DNA from: Salpingoeca rosetta
Taxonomy: Eukaryota; Protista; Choanoflagellata
Assembly (NCBI GenBank): GCA_033442325.1
Contig: JAWQFM010000033.1
Coordinates: 413,029 to 477,028, forward strand
DNA: 64,000 nucleotides
Direction: 5' to 3'
Part shown: piece by piece, positions 1-13,722 of the stretch
Position numbering within the stretch: the stretch's first letter is position 1
How the letters are laid out: each line of letters opens with the position of its first letter
Notes under the pieces: generated by a model
Seen by the model: only the letters and a program-made list of their open reading frames with translations
Databases searched by the model: none
What the model was told of the DNA's origin: nothing
Translations under genes and position numbers: made by a program

Positions 1-1999
1 CCACGCTGCTCTGCCGCCACCGCCGCCGCCAAACTGTGTGCGGTCGTCGGATGAGCGAATGGCGGCGCTCGCGCGGGTGTGGAACGCGGCTGACATGCAG
101 GCAATGCGCGCAACCATTGCGGCAGCTGCATCTGCCCGCAACTCTCGCCCGGCATCGCTTTACGAGGCCAACAGCACGCTTGGCTCGACGATGTCAATGC
201 CTCAGGAAGGGCACGCTCTTTGCACCCGGTGCAGCAGCGGCAACGGCCATGCCAGTTGCATGCAGGCGGGTTTGGATGAATCCGTGCATGCACACTCTCA
301 CCACAGCGTCAATGAGGACAACGAAGACAATGACCACACCAACGAGCGGCACGATGAGCAAATGAACGGTGCTGCGGTATTGGACCGCCGTCACCAATCT
401 TACGGGAGGCACCAGCAGTCTGCAACGACAGCACCAGCAACAACAGGCACCACGCCAACTGCAAAAACAACAGCAAGTCCGTCTTCGCCAACAGAAGCAA
501 CCGTGAGAAGCGTTCGCACGACATCAAGTGGTGCATCTCGCAAGGCGTTCAGCCCCGCGTCGTCATCGCCATCGGAGACGAACTCCAGATTTGCGTTTGC
601 GCAACTGATGCGAACGCAACGCACGTCCATGTCATCCCCCGTGCTCGCCGTGCCTGGCAGTGCTTCCGGTCATCACATCAGCAGCAGTCGTGGTGGCGAT
701 GATGGCGACGGTCATGGTGATGGTGTGTTGATGGAAGCAGTGATGCTGAGGTCTGGCTCGTCCATGGCTGACACGCTGTGCAGCTGCAGCTGTGGCGGCG
801 GCCCCCGTGTGCCGAGTGCCACTAGTGGCTGCGGTGATCTGAGCAGCACTTGTCATGACAGCCACAGGGCGTGCACAAGCAGTGGCCACAACGGTAGTAG
901 CAGCAGCAGCAGCGTTATGGATGATGGCAACGCACGTGCAACATGTGGGCAAGCAAGTGACATCACCACACACAGGGGATCCTCCAAGGCCGTTAGCACC
1001 GTCGATTGCAACGACTGCAACAACCATGATGACTGCGCAATTGACACGGACAGTGGACAGGCTGAGTCATGGAGCGTGCCGAGTGATGCCGCTGCCGCGC
1101 ACACGCAGGCGGCCGTGGTGCAGCACTTGCACATTGCACGTGGTCGCTTGCACGGCACCTTTGCAACGCCGCCGCAGCTGCTTGTTCGCTGCTCGTCACT
1201 GCCTGCATCGCTTCGCTCCACGCCTGCTGCGAGCAGGGCCGCGTCCACCACGCGCACGAACAACGCACCAGCAGCAGCAACAGCAACAGCGGCAGCGGCC
1301 CGGGCAATGGCCAGGCCGCCAACACCTCTTTCCAGTATGACAGCGGCGTCAGCAGTGCGATCAGGCCAAAGCGTGCGGAGCATGCGACCAAAGCAGCAGC
1401 GATCCTCGCTGGCATCTGTTGCGTCTGCGACGTCCATTTGCTCCATGCGCAGCCACGATATTGGTGACAGCAGCAGCGTGGCTGCAAATGGGAGACTTGC
1501 GGTTGTACCAGAACAACAGAGACGCACGCTGATGTCGTCTGCAGCGATGCACAAGACGGCGTCTGCTCTGTCTGTGTCTGCAATGAACAGACTCACGCAG
1601 TGTCGCGCACGCTCAACGCCACCCACGTCTGCGGCCCTGGATGCCATGAACATCATGGGGAACGTGAACAGGACCAGCAACAGAAGCAGTGTGTACAGCA
1701 ACGTCTGTGACAGCGACGACAACAGCGTGCATGGTGTCGGTCTGGTTGGCGCAGGATGCAGATGGGACGATGACCGCACTGCATCGGAAGAACCACGGCT
1801 GCCGCTGCATGGTGTGAGGACACACGTGCGACCAAACACCGCCGATGTCAGCAATGTTGGTGTTCGCCGACACCGGCTCGACAGCATTGGCAGCATTGAC
1901 AGTAACGGCAGCACTCGTGGTGGTGGTGATGGTGGTGGCATGCTCGTGCTGATGCGAACACGTGCGCGACAGCGCAGACCGCGCGTGAGCAACGTGTGA
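1..1999 (+). CDS. 3' terminal exon of a gene starting upstream of the window; Ser/Thr/Ala/His-rich low-complexity protein, function unknown
   Basis: Frame 2 is open from the window start to TGA at 1997-1999. Coding-like composition, followed by GT-rich 3'-UTR-like sequence. No recognisable domain. Confidence 0.7.
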   Translation, partial: HAALPPPPPPNCVRSSDERMAALARVWNAADMQAMRATIAAAASARNSRPASLYEANSTLGSTMSMPQEGHALCTRCSSGNGHASCMQAGLDESVHAHSHHSVNEDNEDNDHTNERHDEQMNGAAVLDRRHQSYGRHQQSATTAPATTGTTPTAKTTASPSSPTEATVRSVRTTSSGASRKAFSPASSSPSETNSRFAFAQLMRTQRTSMSSPVLAVPGSASGHHISSSRGGDDGDGHGDGVLMEAVMLRSGSSMADTLCSCSCGGGPRVPSATSGCGDLSSTCHDSHRACTSSGHNGSSSSSSVMDDGNARATCGQASDITTHRGSSKAVSTVDCNDCNNHDDCAIDTDSGQAESWSVPSDAAAAHTQAAVVQHLHIARGRLHGTFATPPQLLVRCSSLPASLRSTPAASRAASTTRTNNAPAAATATAAAARAMARPPTPLSSMTAASAVRSGQSVRSMRPKQQRSSLASVASATSICSMRSHDIGDSSSVAANGRLAVVPEQQRRTLMSSAAMHKTASALSVSAMNRLTQCRARSTPPTSAALDAMNIMGNVNRTSNRSSVYSNVCDSDDNSVHGVGLVGAGCRWDDDRTASEEPRLPLHGVRTHVRPNTADVSNVGVRRHRLDSIGSIDSNGSTRGGGDGGGMLVLMRTRARQRRPRVSNV

Positions 2000-3200
2000 C
2001 GTTGACATCAAATACGCACGCACGCGCGTGCGCATAAGGACATGTATGTTTGTGTTTGTGTTTAGTTTTGTTTCCTTTGTTTGTTTTTGAACAGATTTCT
2101 GAATCCACGAGCCATACGTGCGTTTTGTACGTTTGCTCGTTGTCTTTCTTGTTTCAAATGTTGCTTGCTCGTTCACTTGCGAATGTCACCCACGTTCTGT
2201 GTGGGTGCATGTCGTTTTGTGCTTTCTTTGGCTACATTCGAATCTTTACTTCACGTCACAGTGCTGTCATGGTGGGCACCGTGCCTTTGATACGTTCATT
2301 TCACTTTCATGCTGATAGGCTGATATGGTCAGATCAGCCAGAGAATCTTCCGTGTATTCATCGTATTCATTTGTATCTGTACATTCACTATTTCATTGCT
2401 GCGAAGCACACACCTCTGCACATCCCGATACCCTTCCTCGCTTCTCGCGTTGGTGTGAGCATGCACTCCCCGTTGGAGGATTGTTACGTGACGCATCACG
2501 CCTGCGTGTTTCCGCTGATTATCAACATCTCCAGACCATGCGTTCGTTCATTCATTCATTCATGCACAGAAGCTTGTACCAATTTGTGCGAATGCGCCTT
2601 TTGTGTGTTTGTGCGTTTGTTGTGTCCTGCAACATTTTCGTTGATCGAATACACGCGAGTTCGGAACAACATGGAGGAAGACGCATGTTGTGTGTGTGTG
2701 TGTCTGTGTGTGCGTGTGTGTGTGTGCGCCTGTGTATGCGTGTGTGTGTCTGTGTCTGTGGCATTCATATGGTGTGTGTTTGGTTGTCTGTGTATGCGTG
2801 TGTGTGTCTGTGTCTGTGGCATTCATATGGAGTGTGTTTGGTTGTGTATATTGCAAGAGGTGTAAAGACAAATGAGCAAACCCCAAGCAACGCATGCACA
2901 ACTACCATCGATCAATCTCTCTTTGCACACATCAATAAAGACGAACGAACAGGAAGCTATCAGGTAATCATACAACACAACATTATCATGTACACAATCA
3001 TCATGAACGCCAAACTGCTATGAACGGTCGCCAGCGACACGCACGCATGTGCTCTCCCAAAAAGAAAGAACAGTGATGTTTCGCCACACAGTGGCACACG
3101 GGAGGGGGGGGGGGGTTGAAAACACGCGGATGAGTGATGAAAACAGAAAAAAACACACGATACACAACGTAACCAAAGCATGAACGAAGAGAGCCCTTTC

Positions 3201-3357
<157 letters not shown>

Positions 3358-3374
3358 TCGAATGCACATCAGTA

Positions 3375-3686
3375 TCAGCAGTTTAGCACGCGAAATCCGC
3401 TTGTGTTCCTCACAACACGGTTTAACTGCGTACCACCAGTGCCGCGCTGCTGCTGCTGCTGCTGTTGTGTTGAATCATCGTCAGAACGCAACACCGCGCA
3501 AACAGTGTCGTTCTCCAAAACTGACGCGATGGTGGCCAGGCTTTCTGTTGCTTCCTCCAGGCTTCCATCCTCCAATCCAAGCTGCACCAGCGTGTGGATG
3601 CACATCATCTCCTTGGCAGCAGTCTGTCGAGCAATGGCAGTTGTGGTGGCGGTAGTGTGCGTAAGCATGAGAAAGTGTATGTGTGT

Positions 3687-3756
<70 letters not shown>

Positions 3757-6700
3757 AGGGGGGCCAGAATGTCGAGCATCTTGGCTTGTGGCTGCGCGTA
3801 TGATCTGCATCCTGGGTTCACCCACTGCTTTGCACGTGAAGAATTGCCTGCAAGCACAAACCTTGATGTGTTCGGTGGTGGCCTGGGTTCCGGACTGCGA
3901 CGCAACGAGCTTCTGTCGTTCAACATCACATACGCACAACGCAATGTGAGTGAATACGGGAAACCGACGACAGACCCATCAAAACAAGCAAACACAAACG
4001 AAGAAGCACGTCGAAGAATCGCGTACGAGTGCACGCAAATCAAACACACACGCAACACTCACACAATCAAATACACAAATTAACACCACAAGCACAATTG
4101 CCACCAAACACACAAACACACACGCAACACTCACACACCACTCACACAAACACTCATGCAACACTCACACACAATCAAACACAAGCAAATCAAAAATGCA
4201 CTCGTACCTGCAGAGCGCGAATGGCGCGCAGGCGGAGGGGAACAAGGTGCGGATCCGTCAAGTGCTGATGTGATGAGCAGTTGATGAGGTGTGTTAGCAA
4301 CATCAGCAGCGACCAGTCGAGTGTATTCGCATCATCTGCATCATGTTGGCGACTGTGGCGAGCTTCAATGCCCCCGCTGCTCTTGTGGGCTTGCTCGTTG
4401 CCACCTTCATCAGCATCACCATCATCGTCATCGTCATCGTCAAACACGCCGCCGTCGCTGTCATGGTCAGCGTCATCGTCGTCTGTCGTGTCGTCATCGG
4501 TTGTGTCTGCAATCACGTCATATGAGCCCACGTTGTTCACGACGCAGCTGGCAGTGCTGTCTGTGCTACCCCTCGCTGCTCTTTCACCTTCTGCTTCGTC
4601 GCTTGAGCTGAACGCAAACGTGGACTCGTAACTCAACCGCGCCAATGTGTGCGCAGGTAGGGATGACGCGTGCTGTGAAAACCGGCTCGACACCAGCGCC
4701 GCGTAGGACTTGCGGCGATCGCGTCCACTCGCTGTAAGGGCGGACAAATCCTCCACATCATCATCACCATCATCCCCACGATCGTCACCGCGACCATCGT
4801 CATAATCACCACGATCGTCACCACGACCATCGTCATAATCACCACGATCGTCACCGCGACCATCATCATCATCATCATCATCATCATCATGATCTTCGCC
4901 ATCAGCATCAACAACGCCGCGGTGGAAGCTGTCACGGTGGCGGGGATGCTGGTCCTGTACACCATCAGCGCGATCCTCATCGCCTGCATCCATCTCCATT
5001 TCCACGTCATCTGCAGCAGGTGGTGGGCCCTCATCACCGCCACCGCCATGGCGCGTGTCACGATTGTCGTCGCCTTGTTCGCTGTGCAGGCGGTGAAGAA
5101 GGTAGCGGTCGTGTGGTGGCGACAGCTCACGCGCGTGCTTCCGACCACGACCACGACCACGACTGCGACTGCGGGCATGAGAACGCGCGTGATGCGTGCG
5201 TTGGTCGCGTTTGTGATCGCGATAATGATGAGGGTGCGCGCGGTGGTGGTCAAGGTGTGCGTGCTGGTGGCGGTGATGGTGGTGAAGATGATTCTCGACG
5301 TGTAGCTGTTCAACACGCGTTTCATCTTCGTTGTCGTCACCATCGTACCCATCGACACGGGGTCTGCAACCATCATCATGACCATGCCCGTGGTGGTGGT
5401 GACCGTGGTGATGATGAACGTGGTGACGGCCGTGCATGGCTGTGTTCTCTGCCACTTCCGCAGCATCGAGTTCATCATCGCTCTCATCATCATAGTCTGT
5501 GTCGGTTGTTGAGCCAACCTCCACATATCCATCATCGTCATCGTCATCGTAGCCATCAGCGCTGTCATTACGCGCACGGTAAAGGCCTGCCGAGACGTCA
5601 AGCACAGAAGTGTGCACGCTTTCAGCTGTCTGATCTGCTGTCGCTGCTGTTGCACGCGCTCCTTGTGCTACATGCACTGCTTCCACTGTATGCTGGGCCA
5701 CCGGTGCGTGAATGTCCGAGCTTGCAGTGCTGGAGCCACTGCCACGTTGGCTGTCGGTGTTGCGGCTGCGATGGCGGCGACCAAGGTGCAGGTGCGACAG
5801 TCCTTTGCGAAGACCACGGCGAATAGGCGATTCCCCACGCGTGCGCCCGCCCCCGCAAAGTTGTTCTGCGTCACCATCTGCGCCACGCTCAGCCACGCTG
5901 AGCGCGTCAACCATTTCCACCTCCACATCGGTGTCTTCACTCTCGGAGGCGCGGGAGGAGCGGCCGTTAATTGATGATCGAATCATGTGCACAAACCGCG
6001 ACATGCCCGAGCGGGAGCGATGATCTGATGCATGTTTACGGTGCGGGTGTCGCACGCTGCTGCCTGGGCTGCTGGTATTGCTCGCACCCTGGCTGTTGCC
6101 TGCGGTGGGTGCACTGCTCCAATCACCAGACGTGTCCAGCTCGTACACCCCATGCGCTTGCTGCAACACAGTCGTGTTTGGAGACTGTGGGGACGCACGT
6201 GTCACGTCTCGGGTCTCTGCCCCTGCTGTTGTCGTTGCCGCTGATGCTGATGGCGAGAGGGGTGACTTGGTTCGCGCTGCCCTGCTTGCGTGCGAGGAAG
6301 CCGACACCAGCGCAGAAGAGAGTGGGCTGGGTGTGCGTGGTGGTGTCGTCACATTCTCCATCAGTGCCTGTGATGACAGCATGCGTGGTGGGCTCTGCGC
6401 ATGCAACCGCTGGTGCTGCTGCTGGTGCTGCTGCTGGTGCTGGTGCTGGTGCTGTTGTTGTTGGTGCTGGTGCTGTTGTTGTTGGTGCTGTTGGTTCTGC
6501 TGTGCGGTAGTAGCTTGTGAAAACGAGAATGAGAGCGGAGAACGGTTGCCTGGACTCTGTGAAGCAATCGTGTCGCTGTCGGACACCTCCGTGTGCTCGG
6601 ACAAGCAGTCCTCATCTCGCTGAGGTGGGCGCCGGTGGCGGTGAAAGTACGTTGCAGCGCTCACAAACGTCGGATGATCACGATCATGGTAGTGGTGGTG

Positions 6701-9700
6701 ATGATGGTGATGGTGGCGACGGTCGTGGCGATGGTGGTGTGTCTGTACAACACTCCTTTCACTCTCCTGTGAAGCTGAAAGACCAGCTCTATCACCACCG
6801 TCATCTGCATTGTCCGCATCGTCGTCATCATCGTCGTCATCATCGTCATCATCGTCGTCATTATCGTCGTCATCATCGTCGTTGTCGTCGTCCTGCCACA
6901 CATTCTCCACCAGGTCGCCAGAAACGCTTGCACCTTCGTTGACATCGCCCGCATCGCCTTCTTCATCAAACATCCCCGACATGGTGACGGCGGCTGCACT
7001 GCTACGACGCTGTTCCATGTTCTCAAGTACAACCTGCAGTGAACTTCGGCGCGTCGCCGGGGCGCTCGTGTTGAACACATCAGCGTCAAAGTCCTGGCTT
7101 GCACGCGAGTAGCGGCGGCGTGCTGTTGCCGTTGGCGAAGTTGTCGCTGATGTTGGTGTGTACACACCACTGCTCAGCGCCTGTGCGCGCGTAGACGCGT
7201 GTGTCTCTCCAGTCTTTGCCGCCAAGTGTTTGGCGATGGCGTTACACAGCAGGCGCCGCTGCACCTCGCATCGCACCTGTACGCTGACTTCGCTGCCGTC
7301 TTCAAAGCGAAGCAGCATCGTGTTGTTGCTCTTGCGCACCTTCCATGTTTTCAAAAACTTGAGGGAGAGCACGTGTTGCATCTGGCCTGTCTCCGGATCA
7401 AACGTCATCACCTTTCCACCGCCAATGAGTAGGAAGCGGGGTTGCATCAGGGCGGTGCTGCGCTTGTGCGTGACAAAACGTTTCAGCCTGTTCCATGGGC
7501 TCATGGCACTCGACGTGGACGTGCTGCCGCGACGAGATGAGGGCGTGGAAGACACAGCAGCAGCACCTGCCGAACTCACGCCACGAGAAATGACCGAAGG
7601 CGCCATCGCCATCGCTGGCGTAGCAGCAGTCGCAGATGTTGCACCCTGTGCTGCGGCTGTGGCAGTTGGTGTTGCGGCTGTGGGAGCCGCAGTAGGTGTT
7701 GTTGTTGTTGTTGCTGCTGCTGCCGTTGCTGGTGTCGCCGTTGTTGTCGTTGTCGTTGTTGCGGGCTTCGTGGAGGAAGAGGTTGCTGCTTGGTCGCTGC
7801 TGTTGCTTCCACGTGCACTTGACAAGGTGGACGGTGGGGTGCGCTGCTGCGTCGCCGCGTGTGATGCTGACGAGTATGGAGCGGATGTGGGCGCACCAGC
7901 AGTCACCGCGTCGCCGGACACAGACGGCGCGCGCTCGTGGCTGCGGCTGAGGGGCGAGGGTGCACGGTGCTGGCTTGCACCAGGGGAGCGGGCTCGTGCG
8001 GGTGATGTTGGAGGGATTGCTGGCAGCGGGGATGGCGGCGGGGATGTCGCTGACGTGGTGACACGAAGGCTGCTCGTGCCGTGGGCACTTGTGGTGCGTG
8101 CAAGAGGGTGAACGCGCGTATTTGCACGCTCGCCGCTCTCTTGAATCATCGGCTGCGTGAGAGGATGCGGTGACGCAGCCACACCTTGCTGCTGCTGATG
8201 CTGGTGGTGCTCTCGTACTTCATCTTCTTGTCCCTGATCTTGCTGCTGTTGATCGTGGGGAAAGACCAGGGATGGTGTGCGTCCCACACCTGCAAGCCGT
8301 GATTGCTGCTGCTGCTGCTGCCTCTGCTGCTGCCTGTGTTCCTGTAGCGTCGCAGGTCTGTCTGTGCTGACAGAGGGATGACGCTGCGAGCGAAGACGTG
8401 AGAGAACTGGTGCGTGTGCATGTGTGCTGGCGGCTGTGTTGCGCCCAAGCGAGAGCACGCTTGCAGCCAGTGACGACGTGGACACTGAACTCCGACGGTA
8501 GCGCTGCTGATCTGCAGCGGCGGCGGCGGCTGTTGGCGCCATTGGCGACGCTGTGGATGTGGTGGATGTGGTGGACGACACCGTGTTGGTGCGGGAGCGA
8601 GGGCGCCCGTCTTGGTCGTCACCGGCGCTCAAGTGCACATAGAAGATGAACACGTCGCCAAGCACCGTCTTGCGCAGGTCTGGGAAGCAGTGGCGCAGGA
8701 AGAAGAACGTGTTGTGCTCCAAATGCGGGTGTGTCAGTGGAGGGAGGACTGCGTGCTCGCTGTCCTCCAAGTCCTGCCTGTGGGCAAGGACCAGTTCTTC
8801 ACCAGGCGCCAGATCAACGCCACGCATCTCGCAGTATTTGTCAACGATGTCCACAACCTGGTCCGTTTCAGACACGCGCACAAAGGACAGCATGGTTGGC
8901 TGGGCGGCGCTGCTTGTCTCGCATGCGTGCACAGCCTCGTCCTCCTCATACATTCCAACGTGGATAAACACGTTCGCATGCAACAGCGGATCAGACTGGC
9001 TGTCCACGGCGTCCTTGATGTCGCACGTGAGCGTCCCACTCGGCGAATGCGACGCACCACCTGCACAGCATTGATGGCAAACATGTGGTGTGAGCACTGA
9101 CTGCACAACACACGCACGCCCCGACGAGCACAGGTTCATGCAGCACGACGCACAACACACGCACACGTTCACGAGCAACACAAAGCGCAAGCACACACAC
9201 GTTCACATGCAATGCGCACGCACACATTCACACAAAGCCAGAAACAACCACCACACGCACCTCGCTTCGACTTTTGGAGGCTGTTTGTCTTGCGTTCGGC
9301 CTGCAGGTCCAACAGCCTGCCGAATGTGGAGGAGCGATGGCGTGGACGACGGGTGGACGCGGCGTCCTGAATGTGAACGATGAGCGTTGGTGGAAGGCTG
9401 TTTGCGCTCGCCATCTGTGTGCCAGGCAGCGTAAAGCTCGCACACACATCTTCCTTGCTGTTGCTGCTGCTGGTGCTGCTTCCCACTGATCGCGTTGATC
9501 CCTGGGTGCTGTGCGGTGTGACTGAATCGGATGGCTTTCTGGTGTTTCGTCCACTCGCCACCCCACTCCGCCCATCATCACAGCCGCCACAATCACCGCT
9601 GCTGCGAGTGACACCGCCGGTTTGCGTGAGCGAGAGGGTGGATGACCAGGCTGACACACCAGAGCGACCAGAGGCAGCAGATGCCGGGCGTGTTGACATC

Positions 9701-12571
9701 AATGGTGCCGCAATTGTCGCTGTTGATGTCGATGATGTTGACAACAGCGATGCCTGCGTGCCCTGTTGCTTCTGCTGCAGCTGCGACGAGGATTGTTTGT
9801 TGCGGGTAAACACACGCCTGGCCCGTCCAGCCATTGCCTTGAGTGACGGCGACGTCAGTCTGTGGCCACCGTGCTTCACATGCTCGTGGCTCGCCCTTCC
9901 AGCAACAGCGCTGCTGTTTGACCCGCGCACACTGCGCGCATCGGCTTTGGGGCCACACTCCCCGTGCTGCGTGTTGTTGTTGCTGTCCCGGCGACTGTCA
10001 CACATGCTGTCGCTTCTGCTCGGCGTGTCGTCGCTCGCTGATGTTTGTGATGAGCGCGCTGTGCCTGCATCTGCCGTTGGTGTCTGCGCGGCGACAGTCG
10101 GCGGGGTAGATGACGGTCTTGCACCACCGTTAGTGCCGGTGTCATCGTCATTCAGCAAGGAGGACAGGATTGACGTTTGCGAGGCAAACGATGAAAGGAC
10201 AGCCGAAGGACCTGCCCCATGCGAGTGGGAGCCGCGCCGCCGTGACGCGCGCATGGATGAAGCTCCTGTACCGCTTCGATGACGCCGCCCAATGCTCTTG
10301 CTGCGCGAGCGTGTGTGGCTGCTGCTGCGGCTGCGTGTGCGGCGGAGGCTGTGATGGCGTGAACGCTGTGCAGAGCGCTCCCGTCGTGGGTGAGGGGTGT
10401 GCGCGTGTGTGAGCTCGCTGTGCTTGTCGCAGCAGCTGTTGTCAGGGTCATCGTCGTGGTGGCACGTGTTGCTGTATGGGCTTAGGCTGTTGCCGCTCGC
10501 GCGGCTGGCCGTGCTGTTGACTCGCCCCCGATCAGTGCCTGCAGCCACCTCGCCGCTGTCCACATCATCAACAGTGAAGCTTGCATCAAAGTGCACGTGA
10601 ATGTCGTCACTCTGATGTTGGTGCGCATCATCATCATCATCATCATCATCGTTGTTTCTGTTGTTGCTGTTGTTGTCGTTCTGCGTCGCCGTTGCTGCGT
10701 CGTCGGCAGTTGACACGACAAGGCGTGGGCCCCTGCTTCCAACATCAGGAGACTGCCGCGTTGTTGCGTCACGTCCACCAACGTCAGCGACATCATTGTT
10801 GTGATGACCACCACCGCACGCGGAACACACAACGCCACCACACGACCCACAGACAACTGCATCAGCACCAATGTTGTCGTCGTCGTCGTCATCGTCGTCG
10901 TGGTGATGGGTGCTTGTTGTGCTCGTGCCCTTTGCCGTAATGTCTGTGCTCTCTTTGCGCCTGCGGCGGAGGCGAGGCGAAAAAAACCGCCGCTTTCGCT
11001 CCGTTTGGGGACTTGCACTCGGGTCACGCGATCGGTTGCGTCCGGCAGACTTTGACCTTCCCTTTTTGGAAAGTGCTGTCAACGAAGGCTCACGCCCCTT
11101 GCGAGTGGCAGCTGCATCGGCGCCGCTGCTGGCGTCGTTGATGCCGTCGCCATGTGCTGCGTTGTGCTTGTCGCGTGCGTTCTTGTCCACACATGGACAC
11201 TCGCACGTGCAGATTCGCACACCAGCACCATGGTGACACAGGGAGCGTTGTGCAGTGCATTGGCTGGTGGCGTTGGTGCTGCCGCTGGTGTGGCATTTGG
11301 GGTTGCACGGATTTGCAGTGTCGGGCGCAGTGGTGGGGGTGGTAGCTGCTGGCTGCTGTTGTGCAGGGCGCCGCACACTCACACCTTTGGCGAGTTTGCC
11401 GTGCTTGAAGGCGAGGAACGACGGGTTGAGCGCGCCCGGTGGTGCGAGACTGATTTTCCTATACCCTGTTCGAAGCGTTACCACAGGTAGCCATGCTTCG
11501 AAGAGCGGATGGTCGACGGCGTCGGCATCGCTCGTGTCACTGCCACCGCATGCAGCTGTTGTGTTCGTTGCGCAACCAGTGGTGGTGTCGGTGTTGGTCC
11601 CGGTATTGCTGTTGCCGGTGTTGGAGGTGTTGTTGGTGCTGGCGTTGTTGTTGCCGGTATTGGTGTTGGTGTTGCCGCTGCCACGCCTGCCACCTGATGA
11701 AAATCGTGGCTCAATCCACACGTGCAGCATCTGCAACTCCGGCAGCGTGCACCTCAAGTGTTGAAGGAGGAGATGACCAAGGAGAACAGGAATGAGATGG
11801 TGCGGAGAGGTGGGAAGAAGACGAGAAGAACAAGATGGAACTATGACACCCGTGTGCGTGTATGTAATATGTGTGTGTGTCTGTGTGTGTGTCTGTGTTG
11901 TGCAGAGATCACATGATAGCCGCTTACTTGATGACGAATGTTTCCATCCAGAGAGCGGATCCTTTGCAGTTGGCGTTTTCGCGCACGTTCGACGTTGTAA
12001 ACTCTTCAGTACCGGTTGTCGAATGCATTTCAATGTGAACGGTGTAGTGGGTGCCGGGTGGAAGGTTCAACCCAGACACCACAGTGAACGTCAGCGTGCG
12101 CTCAAATTTCGCGGGAAACAGCGACCGTTCCATCAACCTGAAGGAAAAGACAGACAGAACATGGGCATTAGGGTGGAGGAAGAGAAGGGTGAAGAAGGTG
12201 TGGGTAAATGTATGCGTGTGCGCGTGTGCGTGTGTGTGTCAATGTATGCGTGCGTGCGTGTGCGTGCATGCGTGCGTGTGTGTGTGCTGGATGCCTGATA
12301 AGACGCAATGATATGTTTGGTTGAGAGTGCACATGACATGGTGTGGCATGCATGCATGGTTGCGCTGCGTATTCGCCCTCATCATCACAGTGTCCAGCCA
12401 TTGCACGTACAGTTCTGGGTCGCGCATGAACTTTGGCTTGAGGACATATCCACAGCCGCCGTTCAAGTGCTGGAAAAATGCGTTGTACAGCAGCATGTTC
12501 GTGTCGGGCGTCTGCCAGTTCGGTGACACTGTGTTGTGTGTTGTGTTTGTGAGTCAGTGAGTGAGTTAGTG

Positions 12572-12616
<45 letters not shown>

Positions 12617-13143
12617 TTGTGTGTGATTGTGTGTGAGGCAGTGTGCAAGTGTGCGAGCACGAAGAACGGAAGAATGAAAAGTGTTTATGCATGTGCACAC
12701 ACGTGTGCAAGCATGGACAATGCCGTACCAAGTTGGCATCCCGCGCTCCAAAATGGAAGAGGATTGAAATTGGACGAGTCGATGCTACAAGAAAAACAAA
12801 AAGAACAGGGGCAGAATGCATTGGCGAGTGAGAGAGGATACTCGGAAGGTGTACGTGTATGTGCTTGCTTTCTTGCATGCATGCAACGTGAAGGCCGGAA
12901 CATACACGTACAAACACAAACACACACACCCATACACGTACGCGCGTCAGACACACGCGCAACATACCGCCTTCCATGTGGGTAGACGCGCGTGAGCTTG
13001 TAGATGTTGTGTTCCGTCAACTTTTGCCGCCGTTTGTTCACAAGACGCAGCGCAGCGCTCTCTGTAGTGGTGAGAATGTGTGCATGTGTTTTGGGGGTGG
13101 GAGAATGTGAATGAACATGGACGTGTGTGAGCCATGGTTAATG

Positions 13144-13235
<92 letters not shown>

Positions 13236-13633
13236 CAGAGATCACAGCGACTGCACCAACACACCCGGCAACACGTACAGCAGTGGCATACAGCACACGC
13301 AGCGACAGAACCAAACGCACCATTGAAGCTTGACATTTCGTATGCAAACACGGGCGCATGCACGCTGTCGTCGTCATCATCATCATCACTGTCGCCATCA
13401 CCACCATCGCCAGCGTCGCGGCGACGGTGTTTGGAGATGGCATCACGTTCAAGCGCCTTTGACGCAAAGCGCGTAAACTTCACCGCGCGCGTGTAGATGA
13501 CGAGATCTGACATGCTCTGTGCAACCACGGGCTGTTTGTGCCCATAGAACTGGAGTTCTTCAATCGTCTGATAGCGGGCGATGTGCTGTGCACGCTCCAA
13601 CCGCCGCGCCAGTCGCCGCTGTGCTGTTTCCTG

Positions 13634-13722
<89 letters not shown>

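Noticed and set aside
2050-3023. 271-aa and 232-aa ORFs between convergent genes
   Set aside because: Composition matches GT-rich UTR/intergenic sequence; no recognisable protein features
4775-4865. Six RGD tripeptides in a tandem repeat, suggesting an integrin ligand
   Set aside because: They lie in the cytosolic tail of a PLC with no signal peptide and are explained by a 33-bp minisatellite in Asp/Gly/Arg-rich sequence
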